In this document: one piece after another, positions 30,074-39,822 of the stretch
Position numbering within the stretch: the stretch's first letter is position 1
How the letters are laid out: every line of letters begins with the position of its first letter
NCBI GenBank assembly: GCA_013002345.1
Contig: JABDKH010000119.1
Coordinates: forward strand, 1,763 to 65,762
DNA: 64,000 nt
Direction: 5' to 3'
Origin: Rhodothermales bacterium
GTDB lineage: Bacteria; Bacteroidota; Rhodothermia; Rhodothermales; JABDKH01
Position numbers and translations under genes: made by a program
Notes under the pieces: generated by a model
What the model was told of the DNA's origin: nothing
Database searches by the model: none
The model's input: the letters and a program-made list of their open reading frames with translations, nothing else

Positions 30074-30268
30074 TCAGGATACGATGAGGCGCTTGATGCG
30101 CGACTCGTCCGCCGGGTCTACCAGCGTCGACTTCCTGAGATTTCGCTTCCGTTTCTGCGATTTCTTGGTAAGAATGTGGCTGTGGAACGCGCTCTTACGC
30201 TTCAGCCGACCGGATCCGGTTAGCTTGAAGCGCTTCTTCGCACCACTATTTGACTTCATTTTCGGCAT
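30074..30268 (-). CDS. rpmI: 50S ribosomal protein L35
   Basis: 64 aa. [37 protein letters not shown]. Confidence 0.95.
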   Translation of the reverse strand: MPKMKSNSGAKKRFKLTGSGRLKRKSAFHSHILTKKSQKRKRNLRKSTLVDPADESRIKRLIVS

Positions 30269-30434
30269 GTGATCGCAAGAAAGAGGGCCGGCATGCGATA
30301 TTCCGCGTTGGGCAGGCCCGAAAAGGTGTTGCGTGTAGCTCAGAAATGTACGGAAGAATGCAGCCGCTTGGCAACTGACCGGAGTGCGAGCGACCGTCCT
30401 GCAGTCGGATATTCAATGAAGTTTGGAGCGGTTT

Positions 30435-30956
30435 CTACTTCCTGGTCTTCAACGGAGCCAGGATCGTGGTCATCCTGCGACCTTCCATTCGAGGTGCCTG
30501 GTCAATCTTCGCGACATCACTCAGTTCCTCAATGAAACGGGCGAGGAGGTCCATTCCGTGGTCTTTGTAGATAATGTCGCGGCCACGAAACTGCACATAT
30601 GCGCGAACCTTGTCGCCATGGCCCAGAAACTCGCGTGCATGCTTGGTCTTGAAGTCGAAATCGTGTGTGTCCGTGTGCGGCCGAAATCGAATCTCCTTGA
30701 GCGCAATCGTGTGCGCATTCTTGCGCGCTTCCTTTTCCTTCTTCTGTAGCTCGTATCGATACTTTCCGTAATCGATGATCTTGCAGACGGGAGGATCTGC
30801 CCCGGGTGATATCTCTACAAGATCAAGGCCCCGCTGTTCGGCCAGCTCTATTGCGTCCTCAATCGTGTAGACTCCATGTGCTCCCTCCGGATCTACGACC
30901 CGAACCTTGTCGGCCATAATCTGACCGTTGATTCTAATCCTCTTGACTCTTGCCAT
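30435..30956 (-). CDS. infC: Translation initiation factor IF-3
   Basis: 173 aa. IRINGQI..KVRVVDPEG..., DLVEISPGADPPVCKIIDYGKYRYE, and a C-terminal domain. In this window the ORF starts with ATG at 30956. Confidence 0.95.
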   Translation of the reverse strand: MARVKRIRINGQIMADKVRVVDPEGAHGVYTIEDAIELAEQRGLDLVEISPGADPPVCKIIDYGKYRYELQKKEKEARKNAHTIALKEIRFRPHTDTHDFDFKTKHAREFLGHGDKVRAYVQFRGRDIIYKDHGMDLLARFIEELSDVAKIDQAPRMEGRRMTTILAPLKTRK

Positions 30957-31015
30957 TCAAACTCCGTAAACGTGAAACAAATGCGTGTAACTACGCAAGT
31001 TAGTGTAAGTGAGGT

Positions 31016-32986
31016 TCAATTGCCGATCCGCCGGGATGGTGTCCGAAGCATGCCCTGGTTGACTTCGGATCGGAGCATCTCGACGAACGCGTCGATGGCT
31101 GATACTTCCTGGGCACCGGCTCCGTGTCGGCGTACGGCGACCGTTCCATCCTCCTGCTCACGTTTTCCCACGACAAGCATATATGGAGTCTTGGCGGTTT
31201 CCGCCTCCCTGATCTTGTAGCCGATCTTCTCGTTACGGGTATCGGCGTCGGCCCGGAAGCCTGAATCGCGGAGTTTCTCGACGATCGAGTGCGCGTAGGA
31301 CTCGAAATCCTGGCCGATCGGAAGAACGCGGACCTGCAGCGGAGCGAGCCAGGTCGGGAAATTGCCTCCACAGTGCTCGATCAGAACTCCGATAAACCGC
31401 TCCAGCGAACCAAACGGCGCCCTGTGAATCATGACCGGGCGGTGCTTTCGGTCGTCTGTTCCGACATACGTGATGTCGAATCGCTCGGGGAGATTGTAGT
31501 CCAGCTGGACCGTCCCCAGTTGCCAATCACGGCCCAGGGCATCCTTCACCATGAAGTCCAGCTTGGGGCCGTAGAATGCGGCTTCACCAATAGCCTCGAA
31601 CGTGTCGAGGTCCATTTCTGCAGCTGCCTCGCGGACGGCCTGCTCGGCCTCGTCCCACTGGGCGTCTTCTCCAACGTACTTCTCGCTGTCATCGGGATCA
31701 CGCAGAGACACCTGCGCCTTGAAGTCGTGGAAGTCGAGGGCACGAAAGACCTTGAGCGTCAGATCGATGGCGTCCTTGAACTCGTCCTTGACCTGGTCCG
31801 GACGGCAGAAGATGTGCGAATCGTCAATCGTGAATCCCCTCACACGCGTGAGGCCTCCCAGCTCGCCCGACTGCTCGTACCGGTAGACCTGTCCGAACTC
31901 CGCCAGCCGTACCGGGAGGTCGCGATACGAGTGCAACTTGTCCGCATACACCTGGATGTGATGCGGGCAGTTCATGGGCTTGAGCAGGTATCCCTCGCCG
32001 TCCTCAGCGTTCTCGATCATGGGCGGAAACTGGCTGTCACTGTAATACGGGTAGTGCCCGCTCGTCCGGTACAACTCGAGTCGTCCGATGTGCGGCGTGA
32101 CAACAGGCTGGTAGTCGCGACGAAGTTGCTCTTCCTTCAGGAATCCGATCAGCGTATCACGAAGGATCGCACCCTTTGGAAGCCACATCGGCAGGCCGGG
32201 ACCAACCTTCTGGCTGAATGTGAACAGTTCCAGTTCGCGGCCAAGCTTGCGATGATCGCGCTGCTTTGCCAGCTCGAGTCGCTCCAGGTGCTCGTCCAGC
32301 TCCTTCTTCTTCGGGAAGCTGATTCCGTAAATGCGTGTCAGCTGCGGTCTTCGTTCATCGCCACGCCAGTACGCGCCTGCGATGGCAAGAAGCTTGGGAT
32401 ATTTGATTGCGCCGGTTGACGGGATGTGCGGTCCGCGACACAGGTCAGTGAAATCACCCTGGGTGTAGAAGGTGAGCGTCTCGCCTTCCAGATCCTCGAT
32501 CAATTCGAGCTTATACTCGTCACCCTTCGCCGTGTAGTATTCGAGGGCCTCCTGTTGCGACACTTCCCGCCGTTCGTACGCGACGTTCCGACGCCCCAGC
32601 TCGTGCATCTTCGCCTCAATGGTAGCAAGGTCATCGGTTGAGAGCTTCCGGTCTCCGAGATCGACGTCGTAATAGAAGCCCTGCTCGATCGGGGGGCCGA
32701 TCCCGAATTTTACACCGGGATACAACGTCTCAAGCGCTTCGGCCATGAGGTGCGCTGTCGAATGCCAGAACGCCATCTTGCCGCCGGCATCATTCCATGT
32801 CAGAATTCGAACGCCGGCATTGCCCTCGATCGGTCGAGCCAGATCACGGACCTCTCCGTCAAGCTCGATCGCCAGTGCATTTCGGGCGAGGCCCTCCGAG
32901 ATCGAGCGAGCAACATCGTGCCCGGTAACACCCGGTTCGTACTCCCTGACGGAGCCGTCTGGAAACTTTAACTCAACCTGTGGCAT
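31016..32986 (-). CDS. thrS: Threonine--tRNA ligase
   Basis: 656 aa. N-terminal TGS domain, editing domain (HSTAHLMAEA), class-II core (RVRGFTIDDSHIFC, HRAPFGSLERFIGVLIEH) and an anticodon-binding domain. Confidence 0.97.
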   Translation of the reverse strand: MPQVELKFPDGSVREYEPGVTGHDVARSISEGLARNALAIELDGEVRDLARPIEGNAGVRILTWNDAGGKMAFWHSTAHLMAEALETLYPGVKFGIGPPIEQGFYYDVDLGDRKLSTDDLATIEAKMHELGRRNVAYERREVSQQEALEYYTAKGDEYKLELIEDLEGETLTFYTQGDFTDLCRGPHIPSTGAIKYPKLLAIAGAYWRGDERRPQLTRIYGISFPKKKELDEHLERLELAKQRDHRKLGRELELFTFSQKVGPGLPMWLPKGAILRDTLIGFLKEEQLRRDYQPVVTPHIGRLELYRTSGHYPYYSDSQFPPMIENAEDGEGYLLKPMNCPHHIQVYADKLHSYRDLPVRLAEFGQVYRYEQSGELGGLTRVRGFTIDDSHIFCRPDQVKDEFKDAIDLTLKVFRALDFHDFKAQVSLRDPDDSEKYVGEDAQWDEAEQAVREAAAEMDLDTFEAIGEAAFYGPKLDFMVKDALGRDWQLGTVQLDYNLPERFDITYVGTDDRKHRPVMIHRAPFGSLERFIGVLIEHCGGNFPTWLAPLQVRVLPIGQDFESYAHSIVEKLRDSGFRADADTRNEKIGYKIREAETAKTPYMLVVGKREQEDGTVAVRRHGAGAQEVSAIDAFVEMLRSEVNQGMLRTPSRRIGN

Positions 32987-33093
32987 GGCGATGACTGACG
33001 GTCAGGCGTTTGCGGTTCTGGAGCGAAAGAGAAAGGCGCACCGCCGACATCCGACGGAGCGCCTCGGCCTTTCTGGAAACGGACGCCTCAGGG

Positions 33094-33167
<74 letters not shown>

Positions 33168-33543
33168 CTAAGGACCCCCGTAGAAATATATCAACGGCAT
33201 AGAACGACCGCCAACGCTTTACGCTGAGAAAAGATCTCACTGCCGCTGACCATCACCTGACGGTGATGGAATACACTGGTTCTTCAACGACGGTCCAACG
33301 GCTCACAATTGGCGCGCACGCTTTCGGGACGCAGCAGGTAGGCGAGGAACGGGGGGAGCGTCCGGGGTGGAGCGTGGCTGGCAAAGCAGAGCGCACAGCA
33401 GGGACGCCGGATCCAGCGGGATTTGAATCCGGCACGCTCGCCAATCATTCGAATGACACTCCGGCCCCCGCAACGCCTGTTTGCTTGGCCCGTTTCAAAA
33501 CGGTCTTCCGGATTTTAAAAGAAATACCGGGCTGCCGATACCG

Positions 33544-33966
33544 ATGGTCAGCGAACTGTACAGAATCGGCCAGATGACTTACGACCTGTTTGTTTCCGGA
33601 ACGCCCAAGAAGCGCATTCGAGTAGATCGCGATCCTATCGCAGGTCGACTGGGTGCCCCGAAGCCGTTGCTGAGGCGGTTTCCGCCGGTGCTGCAGTTCC
33701 TTACCACGCACTCGCCGGATGTTGAAGCCCGGCTGCGCGGGCTCTGTCTTGACGCGTATCGCCGCGGCAAGAGTCTGGAAGACATCTGCAGCGAGATATA
33801 CAATTTCGCTTTCTCGCTCGGCTATGAGGCCACAATCGGCGTCCAGGAGGTCTACAGCTCGTCCATGCCCTCTTTTCCGCAGCAGACGGTCATGTCCGCA
33901 CTGCTGCTGATAGATCTTCAGAGCACCTACGATACCAACGGGGAGTCCATGCGACGAGCCGGGTAA
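33544..33966 (+). CDS. Hypothetical protein
   Basis: The ORF (track 33481..33966) has a coding-like codon pattern and is followed by a terminator. The first ATGs are at 33544 and 33574, so the start is uncertain. I do not recognise a family. Confidence 0.4.
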   Translation: MVSELYRIGQMTYDLFVSGTPKKRIRVDRDPIAGRLGAPKPLLRRFPPVLQFLTTHSPDVEARLRGLCLDAYRRGKSLEDICSEIYNFAFSLGYEATIGVQEVYSSSMPSFPQQTVMSALLLIDLQSTYDTNGESMRRAG

Positions 33967-33988
33967 TCGTCACGATCAACGTTCAGGC

Positions 33989-34024
33989 AAGGGCTGCTTC
34001 CACTGAGGTAGCCCTTTTCATTTG
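33989..34024 (+). terminator. Rho-independent terminator (plus strand)
   Basis: AAGGGCU (33989-33995), a 14-nt loop, AGCCCUU (34010-34016) running into UUUUCAUUU. Lies 23 nt after the stop of the hypothetical gene. Confidence 0.5.
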
Positions 34025-34032
34025 TGGTCCTG

Positions 34033-34737
34033 TCAGAAATCGACACGAACGCTCAGCGAAGGCCACGCCCCGCCGCGCGCCGGTGGCCCAAGCGACAAAC
34101 TCGCCGGCAGGTTCTTGTTGCTGCGACTGGCGGCTCGCACGGCCACGAGCGCCGAGACAATCCTGTTCGCTACGAGGGCCGCGATCAATGCCGACTTGCG
34201 TCGGCCCAGCGACTCAGAGTCTCCGCGAAGGTCGCGAAACGACAGGAATCCCTCCTCATCCTCCCACTCCCACTGAAACGACGGATCCGAGACGTAGTCC
34301 AGTTGGTCCCAGGCGCGATTGCGGAGTTGCACTTCCAGGTATTCATCCGAGGATCGAAACGTCGCAAGATTGAGAAAAAACGTTCGGTCCTTGCCGTCGA
34401 CGTCTGCCCGTGCACGCGATACCGCCAGAGCCTCGTAAGTATCTATCCGGTTGTTGCGCGTGCGGACGGTTTCGTAGAGGCCGAGCCAAACCGCCACGTC
34501 GGCGAGCGCAAAGACGGTGGCGGCGCCGTTCCAGCTGCCGCCGTTTGCGTATCGCTGCCCGAGTCCCGGAAGCACCAGACTCATGGCTGCCGCTGCCGCC
34601 GGCGCCCTGTGAGACTGGACGTTCGAACCGACATCGACCGGCTGGGCGGTGGCCGTTATGGTCGCCATCAACAAGGTTGCCGCGAGCAATACCGATCTCA
34701 CCGGCAGCGACAAAGTACTTCTCACTTTACGTGTCAT
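34033..34737 (-). CDS. Hypothetical signal-peptide protein (DUF5683-like motif)
   Basis: 234 aa with a signal peptide (LLMATITATAQP). SLVLPGLGQRYANG plus a hydrophobic helix resembles DUF5683. Its start codon overlaps the stop of the upstream TonB-dependent receptor. Confidence 0.45.
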   Translation of the reverse strand: MTRKVRSTLSLPVRSVLLAATLLMATITATAQPVDVGSNVQSHRAPAAAAAMSLVLPGLGQRYANGGSWNGAATVFALADVAVWLGLYETVRTRNNRIDTYEALAVSRARADVDGKDRTFFLNLATFRSSDEYLEVQLRNRAWDQLDYVSDPSFQWEWEDEEGFLSFRDLRGDSESLGRRKSALIAALVANRIVSALVAVRAASRSNKNLPASLSLGPPARGGAWPSLSVRVDF

Positions 34738-37226
34738 CAGAATTCGAGTCGAACCCGTACGTTGATCGTGCGGGGCGTCAGGCGCGTCGGGATTCTGTTC
34801 CAGATTCCGGAGGCGTCAGGCACCCATGAGTAGGACACCGTATTGATCATATCAAAGACGTTCAGCAGCTCCCCGGTCAGCTGGAGCCTAACCGGGCGGC
34901 TGAGACCGCGCTCGAACACGATAAGTTCTTTGGTTGCACCGATGTCGAACCTGAAATATCGAGGATATCGAGCCGACAAGCGCGGGCCGGGCTCCTGTGT
35001 CACAATATTGCCGAGCGTTTCGCCGGGCACCGGAGGCGTGTACGGAAGCCCGCTTCCGAAGAGCGTGCGCAGATGCAGCTTCCAGGACTTGTCTCCGGGA
35101 ATGTAATCCTGTACGTACAACGACACCGTGTGCCTCTGGTCGGTAGGCCGAGCGACGCGACCCGCATTGTAGTCTGTCTCGAAGTCATCAGAGAATTGCT
35201 CCCGTGCGACGAGAAAGCTGTAACTCGCCCAGCTCTCAAGCCCCGGAACGAACTCCCCACGAAGTTGCACATCCACACCGTATGCCTGGGCCGTGGCGTC
35301 GTTGTTGCCGGAGTATCTGATCCGGACATTCTCAATATCGTAGGAGATCACATTGCTGATGTCCTTGAAGTAGGCCTCGGCCCGCAGGATGAGCCGACGC
35401 GAGGGCACGAACCGCTCGATGCCGGCGACAATCTGATTTGAGCGCTGCGATGTCAGGTCACGGTTGAGTGCCCCCAGAATCGTTTGCCCGGGCTCGGGTC
35501 GACCGCGGAGTTCCCTGTACCCCGGCGCCTGGTAATAGACACCCCAGGACGCCAGAAAACTCGTGAGCTTGTTGTGCCTGTAGCGCGCCGATATGCGCGG
35601 CGAAAACGTAACTCGCTTGTTGAAGCTGAAGTAGTCGGCGCGAACCCCGGCCGTCACCATGAGCTTGCCCGGGTCGCCCGGAAAGACGTCAAGTTCGTCC
35701 TGCAGATATGCTCCTGCCTGCGATTCGCTGAAAGTGGCATTTCCCTCGAGACTGTCGGCCACGATCCGGACGATGTCGCCTTCCAGATTCGGGCCGATGA
35801 CAACCGACTTCTCGAAGATGCGATCCCGAAAACGCATCGCTCGCCCGTAGTAGCCCACCTCTGCCGAGTGACTTCCAACCGGAAATCGCCAGCGGCCCTG
35901 GCCGGTAAGCATCGTGACCCCGATCTCGTTATCGGCCCGGTCTTCTGTCCGCGACGCGCCGATGGGGAACTGGCCGTCCCCTGCGTCGGGATTTTCACTT
36001 CCCGGATCCACCTGGTAGAGTACGGCCGTTCCGTCCAGAGTAAACTGCTCCGTCTCCTCCGTGTCGAAGTAGGAGAAATCGTGGCTCACGGAGAATCGGT
36101 CCGAGATCGTCTTCGTCAACCTGGCACCGCCGAACGTCGTCCGGTAACCGTCCGACTCCTCGTTGTCGGGATCGAATGTCGTCCAGAACGACTTGATGTT
36201 GTTTGGCGCAATCGTCGGATCCTGACTCAACGTGCCGAAGAAGGTGCGACGCGAATTTGGATCCAGGCGGAACTCGTGGTCTGCAACGATGCCGAGCAGC
36301 GTCAGGTCAAACCCGGCTCCCGCTCTGATGTCAACCATGGCCTGAACATCTGAAAAGTCCGGCTCGTAGTTCCCCTTCAGTTCCTGGGTCTCGAAGAAGT
36401 TGGACGCACGCGCTTTTCGTACACCGAGGACCCAGCCGATGCGGTTGTTGAGCGCCGACGAACTGGCTGTCACAGCCGCGTCAAGGAGTGAGACATGAGC
36501 GGAACCGCGAATGAGCTGTCGCGACGGGCGCACATAACTGACGTCGAGTGCTGATGAGAGCTTCCCCCCATATCGCACAGGGAAGCCTCCGGTATAGAAT
36601 GTAATCTTGTCGGCCAGGTCTGCGTTCAGCAGGCTAAGTCCTTCCTGCTCACCCTGCCGGGGACGGAAGGGGAGAAAGATCTCGAAACCTTCCACGAACA
36701 GGAGATTCTCGTTGAGGCCACCGCCGCGCACCGAGAATTGATTCGACATCTCGTTATTGGAGGCCACGCCGGGCATCAGTTTCAATGCCCGAAGTGGATC
36801 TCTCAACGGACTGGGGATGTTCTGCACACTCTCCGGGTCCATCTGGAACACGCCGACCGCAGTCTCCGGCCGGTTGCCCTCGATCGTTATTACATCGAGT
36901 TCCATGGCGGACTCTCGAAGCACGCGGTCCAGACGAACGGTCTGACCCCGAACGATGCGTATCGGGTGTTTGGAGGTTTCGTAGCCGATGGCCGAGAACT
37001 GGAGCGTGTACGAGCCTGCCGGCATGCGAAGGGAATAGCGACCGTTCCCGGCTGAGGATGTACCGAAGTTAGTGTCGTCGATGATCACCGTAACGCCGAA
37101 GATCGGCTGTCCCGTCGTGTCAGAGACGGTACCAGCCACACCGCCCCAGTTCTGCCCCAGTACAGGGGTGAACGGGACGCACAGAAGGAATAACAGTAGG
37201 CGCCGCGCCAAAAGCCTCCGCATCAA
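34737..37226 (-). CDS. TonB-dependent receptor with N-terminal CarboxypepD_reg domain
   Basis: 829 aa. Signal peptide, then GVAGTVSDTTGQPIFGVTVII...GRYSLRMPAGSYTLQFSAIGYE (CarbopepD_reg), a plug region, a long beta-barrel, and a terminal ...VRVRLEF. Confidence 0.85.
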   Translation of the reverse strand: MMRRLLARRLLLFLLCVPFTPVLGQNWGGVAGTVSDTTGQPIFGVTVIIDDTNFGTSSAGNGRYSLRMPAGSYTLQFSAIGYETSKHPIRIVRGQTVRLDRVLRESAMELDVITIEGNRPETAVGVFQMDPESVQNIPSPLRDPLRALKLMPGVASNNEMSNQFSVRGGGLNENLLFVEGFEIFLPFRPRQGEQEGLSLLNADLADKITFYTGGFPVRYGGKLSSALDVSYVRPSRQLIRGSAHVSLLDAAVTASSSALNNRIGWVLGVRKARASNFFETQELKGNYEPDFSDVQAMVDIRAGAGFDLTLLGIVADHEFRLDPNSRRTFFGTLSQDPTIAPNNIKSFWTTFDPDNEESDGYRTTFGGARLTKTISDRFSVSHDFSYFDTEETEQFTLDGTAVLYQVDPGSENPDAGDGQFPIGASRTEDRADNEIGVTMLTGQGRWRFPVGSHSAEVGYYGRAMRFRDRIFEKSVVIGPNLEGDIVRIVADSLEGNATFSESQAGAYLQDELDVFPGDPGKLMVTAGVRADYFSFNKRVTFSPRISARYRHNKLTSFLASWGVYYQAPGYRELRGRPEPGQTILGALNRDLTSQRSNQIVAGIERFVPSRRLILRAEAYFKDISNVISYDIENVRIRYSGNNDATAQAYGVDVQLRGEFVPGLESWASYSFLVAREQFSDDFETDYNAGRVARPTDQRHTVSLYVQDYIPGDKSWKLHLRTLFGSGLPYTPPVPGETLGNIVTQEPGPRLSARYPRYFRFDIGATKELIVFERGLSRPVRLQLTGELLNVFDMINTVSYSWVPDASGIWNRIPTRLTPRTINVRVRLEF

Positions 37227-37363
37227 GAAATGTCGCCCGGGGATTCGTTTGAGTAGCTACGGTAACGGTATGCTATATGGCGACGTGATGCGGTTGGTGA
37301 TTGCGCTCCTGAAAACGCGCCCCCCGAAGGGGCGTTCCATTCGGGCAGGGGCATTTTTCCGTG

Positions 37364-38074
37364 TCAAGTGGTGTGCGACAGCGGAAGGATCGTATTGATT
37401 AGCATGAGCAGCAAGTACGGAACGACAAAGCCCACTGCTGCTCCGACCACCACCTGACCGCGCGAATGGGCTCGCAGATGCAGCCGGGCCCAGCCAACAG
37501 CCGCCACGATTGCGATGGCAGCCACTCCGAATATCCACGGCGATAGTTCGAATGAGAGCCCGGCTGCCGCTGCCGTGCCGCGGAGATAGAACACGACCGA
37601 CAGAAATCCTGCCGCCGACGCCGTGTGCAGTGAGATCCTCCAGTTCTGATTGATGAGAATCAGAAGCAGAGTCCCAAGCACATAGGCGATGAGAATCGCG
37701 ACGACGAGATCGCGACCCGTCGAAAGCACGAAATACGCCATGCTCAGCAACATCAGGGCAGCGGCAACGGCGATCATGAGCGCCGTCGTACGGTGACGCC
37801 GATTTTCGAGATTCAGAGATGCGGACCGGCCGGAACGCACCATCCAGATCAGGTAAAGTGCAGGCGCCACCGAGAGCATGACAAATGCTGCAGATACGAG
37901 AATTGTTGTCTCTGCAGCCCGCGCTTGAAGTCCGTCGAGAACCAGCCACATCAGCAAGGGTGGCATGATCAGAGGGTTCACCACGTATGTGATGATCAAT
38001 GCAAACCGGCTGGCTGCGGAACCCCGGCGCATTTCACTCACGGTTGACGAAGGAGTGATGCGATCCGATTCCAC
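37364..38074 (-). CDS. Polytopic membrane protein, degenerate PAP2-like
   Basis: 236 aa with about 6 transmembrane helices. ISLHTASAAG resembles the PAP2 PSGHTA motif. ARLHLRAHSRGQVVVG resembles SRx5Hx3D, but with S->A and D->Q substitutions. Confidence 0.4.
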   Translation of the reverse strand: MESDRITPSSTVSEMRRGSAASRFALIITYVVNPLIMPPLLMWLVLDGLQARAAETTILVSAAFVMLSVAPALYLIWMVRSGRSASLNLENRRHRTTALMIAVAAALMLLSMAYFVLSTGRDLVVAILIAYVLGTLLLILINQNWRISLHTASAAGFLSVVFYLRGTAAAAGLSFELSPWIFGVAAIAIVAAVGWARLHLRAHSRGQVVVGAAVGFVVPYLLLMLINTILPLSHTT

Positions 38075-38086
38075 TGGGCAGGCAGG

Positions 38087-39562
38087 CTAGTAGGCGCGAG
38101 CGAAGATGACGCGTCCGGAGGACGGCTTGCCGGTGACCATGTCGACTCCTTCCTCGTCACTCTGGTCGAGCGGAATGCAGCGGATGGTCGCCTTCGTCTC
38201 GTTCTTGATCACGGCTTCGGTTTCGGCCGTGCCGTCCCAGTGCGCCAGCACAAATCCTCCTTTTTCCTCAAGAATAGATTTGAACTCGTCGTACGTGTCG
38301 GCCGTGCTCGTGTGCTCCTCGCGGAATGCCAGCGCACGCGTGTAAAGATTGTTCTGGATATCGTCCAGTAGTTGCTGCACGTGCTCAGTCAGCCCCTGCA
38401 TCGCGACGACCTCCTTCGACCTCTCGTCTCGTCGGGCAACCTCCACAGTCCCATTCTCAAGATCTCTCGGTCCGATGGCTATGCGAACCGGCACACCCTG
38501 CACCTCGTGCTCGTGGAACTTCCAGCCGGGCCGCTGGCTCTCTCGGTCATCGAGTTTCACGGAGACGCCCGCATCGTCCAGTTCCTTCCGGATTTCGGCC
38601 GCAGTTTCAAGGACTCGCACGCGATCTTCTTCCTTCCGGTAGATAGGGACGATCACGACCTGTGTCGGCGCAAGGCGAGGCGGTATCACCAGACCCTGGT
38701 CGTCCGAATGGATCATGACCAGGGCACCGATCAGTCTGGTCGAAACGCCCCACGACGTGGCCCAGACATATTCGAGCTCGTTGTCCTTGTTCTGGAACTG
38801 GCAGTCGAACGCCTTTGCAAAATTCTGACCGAGGAAATGGCTCGTACCCGCCTGGAGCGCCTTTCCATCCTGCATCAGCGCCTCAATGCAGAACGTGTCG
38901 TCGGCGCCGGCAAACCGCTCGCTGGCCGTCTTGACACCCTTGAGCACCGGGATCGCCATGTAGTCCTGAACGAAATCAGCGTACAGGTCGAGAATCAGCC
39001 GCGTCTCTGCCAGAGCCTCGTCGCGGGTTGCATGCGCGGTGTGTCCTTCCTGCCACAGAAACTCCATGGTTCTCAGGAAGAGACGCGTGCGCATCTCCCA
39101 GCGGACAACATTGCCCCATTGATTCAACAGAATCGGAAGATCTCGCCACGACTGAATCCACCGGCTGTACGCGTCCCAGATGATCGTCTCGCTCGTCGGT
39201 CGGACGATCAGATTTTCTTCAAGCTTCGAATCGGGATCGGGCATGAGGCCGGTCCCGTCATCTTTGACTTTCAGTCGCGAATGTGTGACCACTGCACACT
39301 CCTTCGCGAAGCCCTCGACATGCTGTGCTTCGCGAGCCATGAAGGACTCTGGAATGAAAATCGGGAAGTAGGCATTCTCGTGTCCGGTCTCCTTGAACAT
39401 GCGATCCATGACCGCCTGCATGTTTTCCCAGAGTGAGTACCCGTTGGGACGAATAATCATGCACCCCCGCACCGGAGAATAGTCTGCCAGTTTGGCGCCG
39501 AGAACTACGTCCAGATACCACTTCGAATAGTCCTCTGAGCGGGGTGTAATAGCGTCAGCCAT
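38087..39562 (-). CDS. proS: Proline--tRNA ligase (archaeal/eukaryotic-like type)
   Basis: 491 aa from the ATG at 39562 ([16 protein letters not shown]...). [30 protein letters not shown], and a C-terminal ProRS-C domain ending in ...IFARAY. The 36 upstream codons of the track ORF are rejected. Confidence 0.95.
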   Translation of the reverse strand: MADAITPRSEDYSKWYLDVVLGAKLADYSPVRGCMIIRPNGYSLWENMQAVMDRMFKETGHENAYFPIFIPESFMAREAQHVEGFAKECAVVTHSRLKVKDDGTGLMPDPDSKLEENLIVRPTSETIIWDAYSRWIQSWRDLPILLNQWGNVVRWEMRTRLFLRTMEFLWQEGHTAHATRDEALAETRLILDLYADFVQDYMAIPVLKGVKTASERFAGADDTFCIEALMQDGKALQAGTSHFLGQNFAKAFDCQFQNKDNELEYVWATSWGVSTRLIGALVMIHSDDQGLVIPPRLAPTQVVIVPIYRKEEDRVRVLETAAEIRKELDDAGVSVKLDDRESQRPGWKFHEHEVQGVPVRIAIGPRDLENGTVEVARRDERSKEVVAMQGLTEHVQQLLDDIQNNLYTRALAFREEHTSTADTYDEFKSILEEKGGFVLAHWDGTAETEAVIKNETKATIRCIPLDQSDEEGVDMVTGKPSSGRVIFARAY

Positions 39563-39822
39563 AGTGTACAGTTTTGGAGATTTTGCAGGACACCAGATCC
39601 TTTCAGGTGCCGTTGTACGCTCGAATTGGCCGCGAATCCAGGCGCGGCTCGGTATTTGCGCGAACTTCAAGCAACAAGTGACCGAATATACCGGTGCCCC
39701 GAGGCCGTGTCCACGACCGGGGCGACGGCTCGGTCAGGAGACGAAACACGATGAGCAAACGTACGTTGTCCAAGGCAGGCGAGAAACTAACGGAAGATGT
39801 CCAACGAGAGTCGCCAGGTACT

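Noticed and set aside
33370-33443. Calling the tRNA-like 74-mer a functional tRNA, selC or tmRNA 3' domain.
   Set aside because: Only the acceptor arms pair. The D and anticodon arms cannot be formed and the T-loop is aberrant. There is no U8 and no G3:U70, and there is no upstream tmRNA-like tag ORF or pseudoknots. I kept it only as a low-interest relic.
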